Part shown: positions 26,839-35,612 of the stretch, piece by piece | Layout of the letters: every line of letters begins with the position of its first letter | Numbering within the stretch: the stretch's first letter is position 1 | NCBI GenBank assembly: GCA_947626235.1 | Contig: CANQRI010000001.1 | Span: 1 to 52,328 of the forward strand | Source of the DNA: an uncultured Clostridia bacterium | GTDB lineage: Bacteria; Bacillota; Clostridia; TANB77; CAG-508 | Length of the DNA stretch: 52,328 nt | Reading direction: 5' to 3' | Program-made: the position numbers and the translations under genes | The notes under the pieces: model-generated | What the model was told of the DNA's origin: nothing | What the model saw: the letters and a program-made list of their open reading frames with translations, nothing else | Databases searched by the model: none

Positions 26839-29800
26839 TTAATAATTATTTTTCATTCTATTTAATGTATTATTCATTTGTGGTGAAAATCCTCCCTTAT
26901 CGTATTGCCCATATTGAGTTTTTTGATTTCTATTTGTTCTTTCATGCCTTGTACCATTTGCTATTAATGGATATACCATGTTAGCTAATTTTCTAAGTTC
27001 CATAAGTATTTCTTTTGAATAACCTTCTGTTGAAATTTCACAATTCACTAATCCTTCTAAATATTTTGAATATGCTTGTGAGTCAAAAGGAATTACAGTA
27101 TATTTTACGGTTTCTCTATTAAATAACTCTGTCATAAAAGACATTGCTGGATCGTTATAAAAGGCCATTCCTCCGATAACTGTTTTTTCTGTTAAACTTC
27201 TTACTCTTACATACTTATTTATTATTATTCTTAATTTATTTTGGTCTAACACACCTTTTGCTTTTAAATCTCTTAAATATGCTGTAAGTGGTTGTATTGT
27301 AAGTACATCCATACTTTGTACTAAATATAACTCTTGCAATCTTGATATATACCTATAGTCTGATTTAAAGTCGCAATCTACTAATATTAGTGAATACGCT
27401 CCTAATAGTGTATTTACTACATTATCTATATTTGTAACTTGATCATCTGCACCAGGTACAGATGTGTATACATCTAAATTTGGATTTACTTTTATTCCTT
27501 CTGTAGCACCTTGTTGTAACCTTTGCATACAATTCATTGCTTTTTTTCTTAATTCTTCTTCATTTTTTGTGTATATATAATATGCATTCTTATTTTGTGT
27601 TAAATCTAATATTGCTACTTTTATTCCTTGTCTTGATAAAATTTGTGCTAAATTATCAACTATAAATGATGTTCCATTTTTTGATGTTCCCACAAATCCA
27701 ACTATTTTTTGATCTCCACTTACTAAATTATTTGTGTTTCCACTACTTATTGGAGTTTGTGTTTCTAAATGTTCTTCCTGTGCATTTACATTATTATAAT
27801 TTTGATTAGAAGTATAATTTGATACCATATTTTCTGAATTATAATTATCAAAACCTGGTAACGTTCCATTATTCTGTTCAGTTTGACTATTTTCTTCATT
27901 GTAATCACCAAATCCTGGTAATGTTCCGTCATTACTTTGTTCAAATGTATTGTTATCTACATTGTAATCATCAAATCCTGGCAATGTTCCATCATTATTT
28001 TGTTCAAATGAATTTTCTTCTTCATTGTAATTATCAAAACCTGGTAATGTTTCATCATTATTTTGTTCAAGTGTATTGTTATCTACATTGTAATCATCGA
28101 ATCCTGGTAATGTTCCATCATTATTTTGTTCAAATGTATTGTTATCTACATTGTAATCATCGAATCCTGGTAATGTTCCGTCATTACTTTGTTCAAATGT
28201 ATTGTTATCTACATTGTAATCATCAAATCCTGGTAATGTTCCGTCATTACTTTGTTCAAATGTATTGTTATCTACATTGTAATCATCAAATCCTGGTAAT
28301 GTTCCATCATTATTTTGCCCAACTGAATTTTCTTTTTCATTGTAATCATCAAATCCTGGCAACATTCCATCATTATTTTGTTCAACTGAATTTTCTTCTT
28401 CATTGTAATCATCAAATCCTGGTAATACACTATCATTCATTTGTGTACTATAATCATCACTAAAACCTGGCAATACACTATTATCTGCATTATTATCTTG
28501 AAATCCTGCTAGAGTATCATCAACTGCACTTACCTTTTCTTGCTCAACTTTTTTAGGTCTTCCTCTTCCTCTTCGTGGTTGTGTATCTTCTGTTTGAACT
28601 GTGCTGTTTTGAGTTACATTCTTTTTAGGTCTGCCTCTTCCTCTTTTAACTTGAGCAGGTTCTGTTTGTTCATTTAACATTGCATTTCCTTGAGGCACAT
28701 TTTCACTTTGTTGTTGACTGTTTGCGTTTAAATCTTGTTGTACTGTCTGTGGATTTTTGACTTGTACTGTATTTTTATTTTCCACTTGAGACATTTGATT
28801 TGCTTGCGTTTTTGCCATTTGTGGCATTGGCCTTGCTTGTGCATTTGCAATTTGTGGTTTTGTTTTTATTGAGTTATTGGCCATCTGTGCCATTTGATTT
28901 AGTTGACCATTTGACATTTGTGGTTTCTGACTAACTTGATTATTTAGCGCTTGTGGCCTTTGATTTGCTTGCGTATTTGCCATCTGTGGCGTTCTATTTA
29001 CTTGTGTGTTTGCCATTTGCGGCGTTCTATCTACTTGCGCATTTACCATTTGTGGCGTTTTATCTACTTGTGGGTTATTACCTAATTGATTATTTGACAT
29101 TTGAGATACCTGCCTTTGCTGGATTTGGTTATTTGAGATATTTTGCTTTGCTGTTACTTTCTTCACATTTTCTGTGGTAACTTCTGTTGGAATTATAACT
29201 GGCTTACTTAAAACTGCATTATTTTTTTCTGTTTTTAATGATTCTATTTTTAACCCTGCTTTTTCAGCTTTCTTATCTGTTTTTTGTTGTTTCTCTTGTT
29301 TTTTACTAAATTTAGATTGTGGATTTCTATATTCATTTTGTTTATTTGCTTCTCCTGAATATGCAACTACTTGTTGATATTTAGGACAGTTAGCTTCTAA
29401 TACGGCTTTTACATTTAATGGTAAAAATTTAGTAATTAACCTTAACTGTGCATCTGTATATTGATTAGCAATACTGTTAAAACTTTCAACATATTTTTCT
29501 TCGTTTTTTCCTAATTTTTTGTAATGTGCTAGTATATTTTGAATTTCTATTTCACTAACATTTCCTTCACTTTCAGCTTTATATTCAACCTCGTTTGAAG
29601 AAATTTTGTAATATACCTTGGCTTCTTTTTTACTTCTTGGTTTGTTAATTAAATTACAAACCTGCTCTATACTTCTATCTTGTCCAATTAATGCACTATA
29701 AACGCCTATTCCAAATAATTTTACTAAAATATTTTCGCCTTTTGTTCTTCTATCTGTGGAAATAAGTATTATTGGTATATCTTCTCCCTGTATATTTGAA

Positions 29801-30051
29801 GCCTCATCACTTATACTGTCTAATTTTTCAAATATGAAATTATCTATAGTATCATAATTTTTACTTGCAAATGGCTCTAAATCTTCACTTACTACTATTC
29901 TATCATATGACTTATCCTTTTGTAATTCTTTTATAATTGCGTTAAAATAGTAAACATTTTTACTAGATATAATTTCTTTATACATCTGTTGATATTTTTT
30001 TACTATTGCCTCCGATATTGACTCATTGCTAACCGCAAATAAAACTTTCAT
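26839..30051 (-). CDS. Giant TadZ/CpaE-like protein: receiver-like N-domain, Q/N-rich repeats, two AT-hooks, LPGF repeats, degenerate ParA/MinD C-domain
   Basis: MKVLFAVSNE...DRIVVSEDL...IPIILIST is CheY-like. KRGRGRPKK and RRGRGRPKK are AT-hooks. There are 12 L(P/A)GF units. The C-terminus IVGFVGTSKNGTSFIVDNLAQILSRQGIKVAILD...LILVDCD is ParA-like and lacks the GK[ST] lysine. Confidence 0.6.
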   Translation of the reverse strand: MKVLFAVSNESISEAIVKKYQQMYKEIISSKNVYYFNAIIKELQKDKSYDRIVVSEDLEPFASKNYDTIDNFIFEKLDSISDEASNIQGEDIPIILISTDRRTKGENILVKLFGIGVYSALIGQDRSIEQVCNLINKPRSKKEAKVYYKISSNEVEYKAESEGNVSEIEIQNILAHYKKLGKNEEKYVESFNSIANQYTDAQLRLITKFLPLNVKAVLEANCPKYQQVVAYSGEANKQNEYRNPQSKFSKKQEKQQKTDKKAEKAGLKIESLKTEKNNAVLSKPVIIPTEVTTENVKKVTAKQNISNNQIQQRQVSQMSNNQLGNNPQVDKTPQMVNAQVDRTPQMANTQVNRTPQMANTQANQRPQALNNQVSQKPQMSNGQLNQMAQMANNSIKTKPQIANAQARPMPQMAKTQANQMSQVENKNTVQVKNPQTVQQDLNANSQQQSENVPQGNAMLNEQTEPAQVKRGRGRPKKNVTQNSTVQTEDTQPRRGRGRPKKVEQEKVSAVDDTLAGFQDNNADNSVLPGFSDDYSTQMNDSVLPGFDDYNEEENSVEQNNDGMLPGFDDYNEKENSVGQNNDGTLPGFDDYNVDNNTFEQSNDGTLPGFDDYNVDNNTFEQSNDGTLPGFDDYNVDNNTFEQNNDGTLPGFDDYNVDNNTLEQNNDETLPGFDNYNEEENSFEQNNDGTLPGFDDYNVDNNTFEQSNDGTLPGFGDYNEENSQTEQNNGTLPGFDNYNSENMVSNYTSNQNYNNVNAQEEHLETQTPISSGNTNNLVSGDQKIVGFVGTSKNGTSFIVDNLAQILSRQGIKVAILDLTQNKNAYYIYTKNEEELRKKAMNCMQRLQQGATEGIKVNPNLDVYTSVPGADDQVTNIDNVVNTLLGAYSLILVDCDFKSDYRYISRLQELYLVQSMDVLTIQPLTAYLRDLKAKGVLDQNKLRIIINKYVRVRSLTEKTVIGGMAFYNDPAMSFMTELFNRETVKYTVIPFDSQAYSKYLEGLVNCEISTEGYSKEILMELRKLANMVYPLIANGTRHERTNRNQKTQYGQYDKGGFSPQMNNTLNRMKNNY
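27841..28512. repeat. In-frame 60-63 bp tandem repeat array (LPGFDDYNVDNNTFEQSNDGT units)
   Basis: About 11-12 units are present. The units starting at 28081, 28144 and 28207 are exactly 63 bp and nearly identical. Confidence 0.85.
28972..29070. repeat. In-frame 33-bp tandem repeat (ANTQV(D/N)RTPQM units)
   Basis: Three consecutive 33-bp units of the form GTATTTGCCATCTGTGGCGTTCTATTTACTTGT. More degenerate copies extend over about 28790-29110. Confidence 0.75.
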
Positions 30052-30055
30052 TTGT

Positions 30056-30481
30056 TTAATCCCCCCAACCTCTTACTACTATTGCAAATATTAAAGGTAA
30101 TACTTGTGCAATAACAAATAGTGTTACGATTGATATCATAACCATAAAACCTTTGTCTCTAACATCCATTTTCCTTATACCTAAAACATATTGATAAATT
30201 GCACTAATTGCAATTCCTACAAAGCAAAAAGGTATACTATATATTTGTATTTTATTTAATAAGTATGCTGTGAACCCGTATGCATCTGAACCATATGCCT
30301 TTTTATAATCTTCTAAAGATTTTTCCTCTTTTTCTTTTAACTGTACTAATTGGCTTATTGAGGTATTTTTATCGTTAACATTGGTATTAGTTTGTTTATT
30401 TGATGTTGTATTTGATGCAAAAGCTACTGTACTTACCAGCATACAAAATATTACTGTTACTAGTGCGACTGCCTTTTTCAT
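30056..30481 (-). CDS. Small secreted/membrane protein (signal peptide + two TM helices)
   Basis: MKKAVALVTVIFCMLVSTVAFA signal-like N-terminus and two C-terminal hydrophobic helices. Its stop lies 4 nt before the 1070-aa gene start. Confidence 0.5.
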   Translation of the reverse strand: MKKAVALVTVIFCMLVSTVAFASNTTSNKQTNTNVNDKNTSISQLVQLKEKEEKSLEDYKKAYGSDAYGFTAYLLNKIQIYSIPFCFVGIAISAIYQYVLGIRKMDVRDKGFMVMISIVTLFVIAQVLPLIFAIVVRGWGD

Positions 30482-30633
30482 GCATTACTACTCCTTTCAG
30501 ATTTTTATACAATTTATACTTATAATATAATACAATAATATCCGAAAAATAGCAAGGAAATATTTAGAATTTTTTTTAATTTTTCTATATTTTTCCAATA
30601 TTTTTTATATTTAAATTCTTTTAACATAAATAA

Positions 30634-30672
30634 TACCCAAATTTTTGAAATAGATTTACAAAAATTTGGGTA
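30634..30672 (-). terminator. Hairpin downstream of sigK
   Basis: TACCCAAATTTTTG...CAAAAATTTGGGTA stem located 6 nt after the stop. The minus-strand RNA continues UUAUUUAUGUU, a weak U-tract. Confidence 0.4.
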
Positions 30673-30678
30673 TATTTT

Positions 30679-31377
30679 TTATTCTTTTATTTGTTTTGCA
30701 AGTTTTCCTATTGCTTTTGTTTCAATTCTAGATACATAAGAACGTGAAATTCCAAACATTTTAGCAATTTCATTTTGTGTTTTAGGCTTTTTTCCGTCTA
30801 ATCCAAATCTCATTTCTATAATATCTTTTTCTCTATCTTTTAAAACCTTCTTTATATTTTTATATAATTGCTTTATTTTCATTTTCAAATCTACTTCATC
30901 TTCTATGTTTCTCTCACTATTTTCTAGTACATCTTGTAATGTTACAACATTATCGTCTTTATCTTTTCCTATTGGATCTTCTAGCGAAACTTCTGCACCT
31001 ATTTTTTTAGTTGAACGTAAATACATTAAAATTTCATTATCTATACATCTTGAAACATATGTTGAAAGTCTTACCTTTTTATCTGACTTAAAACTATTTA
31101 TACCTTTTATTAATCCTATAGTTCCAATGGAAATAAGATCATCTTGCTCTACTTTTGTTGAAGTATATTTTTTGCATATATGTGCAACTAATCTTAAGTT
31201 TCTTTCTATTAATATATTTCTTGCTTCTTCATCTCCATTTTCTAAATTTTGTATATATATTTCTTCCTCTTTAGCTGTTAATGGCTCAGGAAATAAATTG
31301 TTACTTGAAATATATCCTACCACCAAAACTGCTGAATGTAAAAATGCTAAAAAACCTGATATTGAAAGGGCTAACAT
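30679..31377 (-). CDS. sigK: RNA polymerase sporulation sigma factor K (pro-sigma-K), uninterrupted
   Basis: A hydrophobic pro-sequence is followed by VGYISSNNLFPEPLTAKEEEIYI...ARNILIERNLRLVAHICKKY...DLISIGTIGLIKGINSF, which matches SigK rather than SigE. Region 4.2 reads QNEIAKMFGISRSYVSRIE. Confidence 0.85.
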   Translation of the reverse strand: MLALSISGFLAFLHSAVLVVGYISSNNLFPEPLTAKEEEIYIQNLENGDEEARNILIERNLRLVAHICKKYTSTKVEQDDLISIGTIGLIKGINSFKSDKKVRLSTYVSRCIDNEILMYLRSTKKIGAEVSLEDPIGKDKDDNVVTLQDVLENSERNIEDEVDLKMKIKQLYKNIKKVLKDREKDIIEMRFGLDGKKPKTQNEIAKMFGISRSYVSRIETKAIGKLAKQIKE

Positions 31378-31495
31378 GTATATACCTCCAAATTTTCACT
31401 ATACAAAATTATATGAATGTATTTTCCTATTTGTGCCTGACTAAATTCATATTTTTAATTTATAAAAATAAAATAGAAAAAAAGAGGTTTTATCT

Positions 31496-31978
31496 ATGCC
31501 TCTTAAAATGGAAGGATTGATTTCTATGTTTAAAACTTACTTAAAGTCTATATTTACACCTGTTGCAGTTGGTGTAATTGTTGGATTAATTATATCGCCA
31601 TTTATGGATTATAATTTGTTACAAAAACCACCTTTAGCACCACCCGGTATATTGTTTCCAATAATTTGGAGTATACTTTATGTCCTTATGGGCATATCTT
31701 ATGGAATATTGCAAAGTAAAAGCCTTGTGGACTCTGGCATCAATTTTGTATATTATTTACAACTAATTGTAAATGCTTTATGGCCTATAATATTTTTCGT
31801 TTTTAAATGGAGATTCTTTGCTTTTATATGGATTATAATTCTTGCACTTCTAATTATTTTAATGATAAAAAAATTCTACTCTAAAAATAAGCTTTCTGGA
31901 TTGCTACAAATACCATATTTGCTATGGACATTGTTTGCTACTTATTTAAATTTATCTATTTTTTTACTTAATGGATAA
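31496..31978 (+). CDS. tspO: TspO/MBR tryptophan-rich sensory protein
   Basis: Five TM helices with PPLAPPGILFPIIWSILYVLMGISY and LLWTLFATYLN. Confidence 0.85.
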   Translation: MPLKMEGLISMFKTYLKSIFTPVAVGVIVGLIISPFMDYNLLQKPPLAPPGILFPIIWSILYVLMGISYGILQSKSLVDSGINFVYYLQLIVNALWPIIFFVFKWRFFAFIWIIILALLIILMIKKFYSKNKLSGLLQIPYLLWTLFATYLNLSIFLLNG

Positions 31979-31989
31979 AGGAGATATTT

Positions 31990-32772
31990 ATGAATTTTTT
32001 ACTTGATGTTTTTAAAGGAATTGCCATAGGTACAGGTGCCATACTTCCTGGAATTAGTAGTGGTGTGCTTTGCGTTATTTTTGGCATATATGAAAAATTA
32101 ATAAATAGCGTATTAGGCCTCTTTCATGATTTTAAGAAAAATGCCACTTTTTTATTACCAATTATAATAGGAGTTGCCATTGGCTTTTTATTGTTTGGTA
32201 AACTACTTAATTATGTGTTTTTTCACTACGAATCTGAATCTAAAATGTTATTTTTAGGCCTTATTTTAGGCAGTATTCCTGCTTTGTTTAAAGAAGCTAA
32301 TGAAAAACACAAATTTCGTCTTTCTTTTCTATTTTATACTTTAATTAGTTTTGGCATTGGACTTATTTTGTTTCTATTAGAAAATAAAATGAATTTTGCC
32401 ATTGCCTCTAATAATACCAATTTTTTATTTTTGTGGTTTTGTGGCTTTGCAATGTCGTGTGGCATTATTATTCCAGGTGTTAGTAGTACCGTTATTTTAT
32501 TATGCCTTGGAAGTTATACTATTTATTTGCAATCTGTTGCTACCTTATATTTACCAGTTCTGATTCCAATGGGGCTTGGTGTTTTGTGTGGTTGTATTTT
32601 CTTTTTAATTTTAATTCGCTTTTTGCTAAAAAAATATTCTATTCAAACATATTATGCCATTATTGGTTTTGTACTTGGTAGTATTTTTGTACTATTCCCT
32701 TCTTCCTGCTCACTTTTTTCTTTAGTTCTTTTTGCTTTTGGTTTCTATACTGCTTTAAAATTAGAAAAATGA
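31990..32772 (+). CDS. DUF368 family membrane protein
   Basis: GTGAILPGISSGVL and a second IIIPGVSSTVILL half-repeat in a polytopic protein; AAAGGAG SD. Confidence 0.8.
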   Translation: MNFLLDVFKGIAIGTGAILPGISSGVLCVIFGIYEKLINSVLGLFHDFKKNATFLLPIIIGVAIGFLLFGKLLNYVFFHYESESKMLFLGLILGSIPALFKEANEKHKFRLSFLFYTLISFGIGLILFLLENKMNFAIASNNTNFLFLWFCGFAMSCGIIIPGVSSTVILLCLGSYTIYLQSVATLYLPVLIPMGLGVLCGCIFFLILIRFLLKKYSIQTYYAIIGFVLGSIFVLFPSSCSLFSLVLFAFGFYTALKLEK

Positions 32773-32774
32773 TA

Positions 32775-32816
32775 AAAGAATATTTTACCGCTTCGGCGGT
32801 AAAATATTCTTTTTTT
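32775..32816. terminator. Bidirectional rho-independent terminator
   Basis: AAAGAATATTTTACCGC-TTCG-GCGGTAAAATATTCTTT is a perfect 17-bp stem flanked by an A-run and a T-run. It lies between the convergent DUF368 and U32 genes. Confidence 0.85.
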
Positions 32817-32825
32817 GCATCAAAA

Positions 32826-34064
32826 TTATTTTTTTCTTCTTAAAATCCAATTTTTTTCTACTTTTATTGGTAATTTCATTTTTACTTTTTGTTCTGCTTT
32901 TCCTGGATTTACAACTTCTATTTCTTCTCCTGTTTCTATATCCCATAGCTTTTCAATATTAAATTTATATGTTTCTATTTGATTTGGAATTAGTATTTCT
33001 AATTCATCTCCAACTTTTAATTTATTTTTTATTTCTATAATAGTTTTTTCGTTTTCAAAGTCTACTACTTTACCACCAAATTCATAGTCTGAATTATACT
33101 GTTTTCCCTCATATTCTTGAATATCTTTATTATCTCTATCATTAAAATAAAAAGTTGTTAATCCTCTAGTTTTGGTTTTTTCTAGTTCTTTTAAATATTT
33201 TGAATAATCATAATTTTCAGGATTTTCCATATAATCATCTATTGCATTTCTGTATGCATTTACTACTGATGCTAAATAATACTCTGTTTTTAATCTACCC
33301 TCTATTTTTAAACTATCTATACCCATTTGTATTATTTCAGGAATTTCTTTAATTAAGCATAAGTCTTTTGATGAAAATATGTATGTGCCTTTTTCATCAT
33401 GTTCTACTGGCATTAAATTTCCTGGATTATTTGTTTCTTCAACATATACATTATATGCCCATCTACAACTTTGTGCGCAGTCCCCTAAATTTGCACTTCT
33501 TCCTGCTAAAAAGTCGCTTAAAAAGCACCTTCCAGAATAGCCAAAACAAATAGCACCATGAATAAATATCTCCACTTCTAAATCATCTGGTTTGTTTGCC
33601 ATTAATTCTTTTATTTGGTCTTTATTCATTTCTCTTCCTAAAATTACTCTTTTAGCGCCATTGTCATACCAAAATTTGCTTGTATGGTAACTTATAACAT
33701 TAGCTTGTGTGCTAATGTGAATATCTACATTTGGTGCGTATTCTTTTAAAATTTGTATTACTCCACCATCAGAGGCAATTATTCCATCTGGCTTTATTTC
33801 ATTTAGTTTTTTAGCTACTTTTATAATCTCCTCATATTTTTCATCCCAAGCAAAAATATTCATAGCTACATATACTTTTTTTCCTATGCTATGTGCATAT
33901 AATATAGTTTTTTCTACATCATCATCTTCTACGTCTACCCTTGTTCTTAAAGATAAACTTTTTGTACCCATATATACTGCATCTGCTCCATACAAAAAAG
34001 CTATTTTTGCTTTTTCAAAAGAACCTGCTGGAGCTAACAACTCTGGTTTTTTCATTTTCTTCAC
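32826..34064 (-). CDS. Peptidase U32 family protein (TrhP/YrrO-like, tRNA ho5U synthesis)
   Basis: KPELLAPAGSFEKAKIAFLYGADAVY and the Cys-rich CFGYSGRCFLS...CAQSC motif. It is adjacent to a YrrM-like methyltransferase, as in the B. subtilis yrrMNO locus. Confidence 0.8.
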   Translation of the reverse strand: MKKMKKPELLAPAGSFEKAKIAFLYGADAVYMGTKSLSLRTRVDVEDDDVEKTILYAHSIGKKVYVAMNIFAWDEKYEEIIKVAKKLNEIKPDGIIASDGGVIQILKEYAPNVDIHISTQANVISYHTSKFWYDNGAKRVILGREMNKDQIKELMANKPDDLEVEIFIHGAICFGYSGRCFLSDFLAGRSANLGDCAQSCRWAYNVYVEETNNPGNLMPVEHDEKGTYIFSSKDLCLIKEIPEIIQMGIDSLKIEGRLKTEYYLASVVNAYRNAIDDYMENPENYDYSKYLKELEKTKTRGLTTFYFNDRDNKDIQEYEGKQYNSDYEFGGKVVDFENEKTIIEIKNKLKVGDELEILIPNQIETYKFNIEKLWDIETGEEIEVVNPGKAEQKVKMKLPIKVEKNWILRRKK

Positions 34065-34091
34065 CTTTTCTATATAATTTTATCTACTATA

Positions 34092-34736
34092 TTAGGAAAT
34101 CTTCTTCCACCTTGATATAGCAAGTCCATCTCCTACCTCTAAAATTTCAGTTTCTAAATCAGGATTTCCTGTTGACTCTGCTATATATTCTCTTAAATTT
34201 CGTACTGCTGTACGCTGTTTGTGCTTGTTGTAATCACTCATTACATACCCTTTATATAAAATATTGTCTGCAAGTATCACTCCATTTTCATTTAGTAACC
34301 TTAAAGCCTCCTGCAAGAAAAATGGATATTTACCTTTTGCAGCATCTATAAATATTACATCATATTTTTCTGTTAAGGTTGGTAAAATTTCTACTGCATC
34401 ACCTTGCAAAACATTTATACTTTTTTCTAATTTCATTTGTTTTATGTTTTCTATTGCTTCTTCTGCTCTTTGCTCATCTCTTTCTATTGTGTCTATTGTT
34501 CCTGAATTAACTAAATATTTAGAAAAGCATATTGCTGAATATCCTACTGCAGTACCTATTTCAAGTATTCTTTGAGGCTTTATTTCTATAAGTATTTTAT
34601 CTACTACTTCTAATGTATCGTCCATTATAATTGGTATATGCTCATCTAAAGCCTTTTTCTTAATTATACTTAATTTTTCTTCATTTATATTTTTATCTTG
34701 CAATACTTTCACTATTATTACACCTCTATTTTTCAT
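34092..34736 (-). CDS. Class I SAM-dependent O-methyltransferase (TrmR/YrrM-like)
   Basis: ILEIGTAVGYSA SAM motif I, VIFIDAAKGKY and ADNILYKG. Confidence 0.8.
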   Translation of the reverse strand: MKNRGVIIVKVLQDKNINEEKLSIIKKKALDEHIPIIMDDTLEVVDKILIEIKPQRILEIGTAVGYSAICFSKYLVNSGTIDTIERDEQRAEEAIENIKQMKLEKSINVLQGDAVEILPTLTEKYDVIFIDAAKGKYPFFLQEALRLLNENGVILADNILYKGYVMSDYNKHKQRTAVRNLREYIAESTGNPDLETEILEVGDGLAISRWKKIS

Positions 34737-35523
34737 TACCCTCTACTAGATTTTTTTCTTTAGGTTCATTATCTTTTACTATATCAGCTAAAAATTGCTT
34801 TTCTTCACTATTCCAGTCATCAACTTGTGAATAAGCATATACTAAAAATAAAAATCCTTCTCTATCATAATATTTTTTGTACATTGTTAATCCCAATTTC
34901 ATTGCCCTGCCTTTATTATGAAATTGTTCTAATTTTCTTGTTATCATAGTAACTTCATGCTTATCTAATTCACCGGCTTCAAATTTTCTTTGTACTTCGT
35001 CCATATATTTTTCTTGTTCTTGCCATTCTTTTTGCTGCTTTTCTTGCTTTTCTTTTTCATACAATTCTACATATTTTTTAGTATCAATTCTTTTTCTAAA
35101 TTCTGCTATTCTATTTTCAATTGTTTTGTATGCCTTATCAGATTTATCTATAGTTTCCAAAATTTCATCAAGTTCTCCTATTGCAACTTCTTTTTCTTCT
35201 GTAAGCATATAATATAGTTCTGAAATAAATAAAGCAGACTGTATTTTATCAGGATATTTATATAATTTTTCTTTAACTTTTTCTATATTTCGTTTAGTTA
35301 TTTTTCCATTTAAAAACTGCTTTTGTAAATAAGCCATATATTCTTCTTGTTCTGCAAGAGTATAGCCTTCTTCTTTATTTTCTAGCGCATAATCATTCTG
35401 ACTTTTTTCTACATCAGAAATTTGATTTTTTCTTTGTATTATTCCACTCATTAAAGTAGCTTTTCTTTTTTTATCATAAAAATCCTTCATATTTTTAAAT
35501 TTTTCATGATCTAATTTTTTCAT
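34726..35523 (-). CDS. Hypothetical K/E-rich helical protein
   Basis: The likely start is the ATG at 35521-35523 (MKKLDHEK), which has an AAAGGA SD. The track's longer N-terminus would read through the typA terminator hairpin. Confidence 0.5.
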   Translation of the reverse strand: MKKLDHEKFKNMKDFYDKKRKATLMSGIIQRKNQISDVEKSQNDYALENKEEGYTLAEQEEYMAYLQKQFLNGKITKRNIEKVKEKLYKYPDKIQSALFISELYYMLTEEKEVAIGELDEILETIDKSDKAYKTIENRIAEFRKRIDTKKYVELYEKEKQEKQQKEWQEQEKYMDEVQRKFEAGELDKHEVTMITRKLEQFHNKGRAMKLGLTMYKKYYDREGFLFLVYAYSQVDDWNSEEKQFLADIVKDNEPKEKNLVEGNEK

Positions 35524-35557
35524 ATAAATTTCCTTTCTAAAGTACCCTATTTTTACC

Positions 35558-35608
35558 ACAAAAAGGTCAAACTGTGTATCCAAAGAACATACAATTTTGA
35601 CCTTTTTT
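35558..35608 (-). terminator. Rho-independent terminator after typA (bidirectional in form)
   Basis: GGTCAAACTGTGTAT...ATACAATTTTGACC imperfect stem, with AAAAA on one side and TTTTTT on the other. Confidence 0.65.
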
Positions 35609-35612
35609 ATTT

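Noticed and set aside
27819-28463. 214-aa plus-strand ORF with a striking HCNHQILVMFHHYFVQ periodicity
   Set aside because: It is the antisense reading of the in-frame 63-bp repeats of the 1070-aa minus-strand gene. It has no SD or start context, and the periodicity is inherited from the repeat.
27841-28512. Possible CRISPR array (regular ~60-bp periodicity)
   Set aside because: Whole units repeat with no unique spacers between short repeats. The array is in frame inside a long ORF, and no cas genes are present.
30056-30481. VirB2/TrbC-like conjugative pilin (signal peptide + two hydrophobic helices)
   Set aside because: The topology alone is non-specific, and no other T4SS components are present in the window.
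30679-31377. skin-like intervening element splitting sigK
   Set aside because: The ORF is continuous from the pro-sequence through region 4.2 (232 aa), and there is no recombinase nearby.
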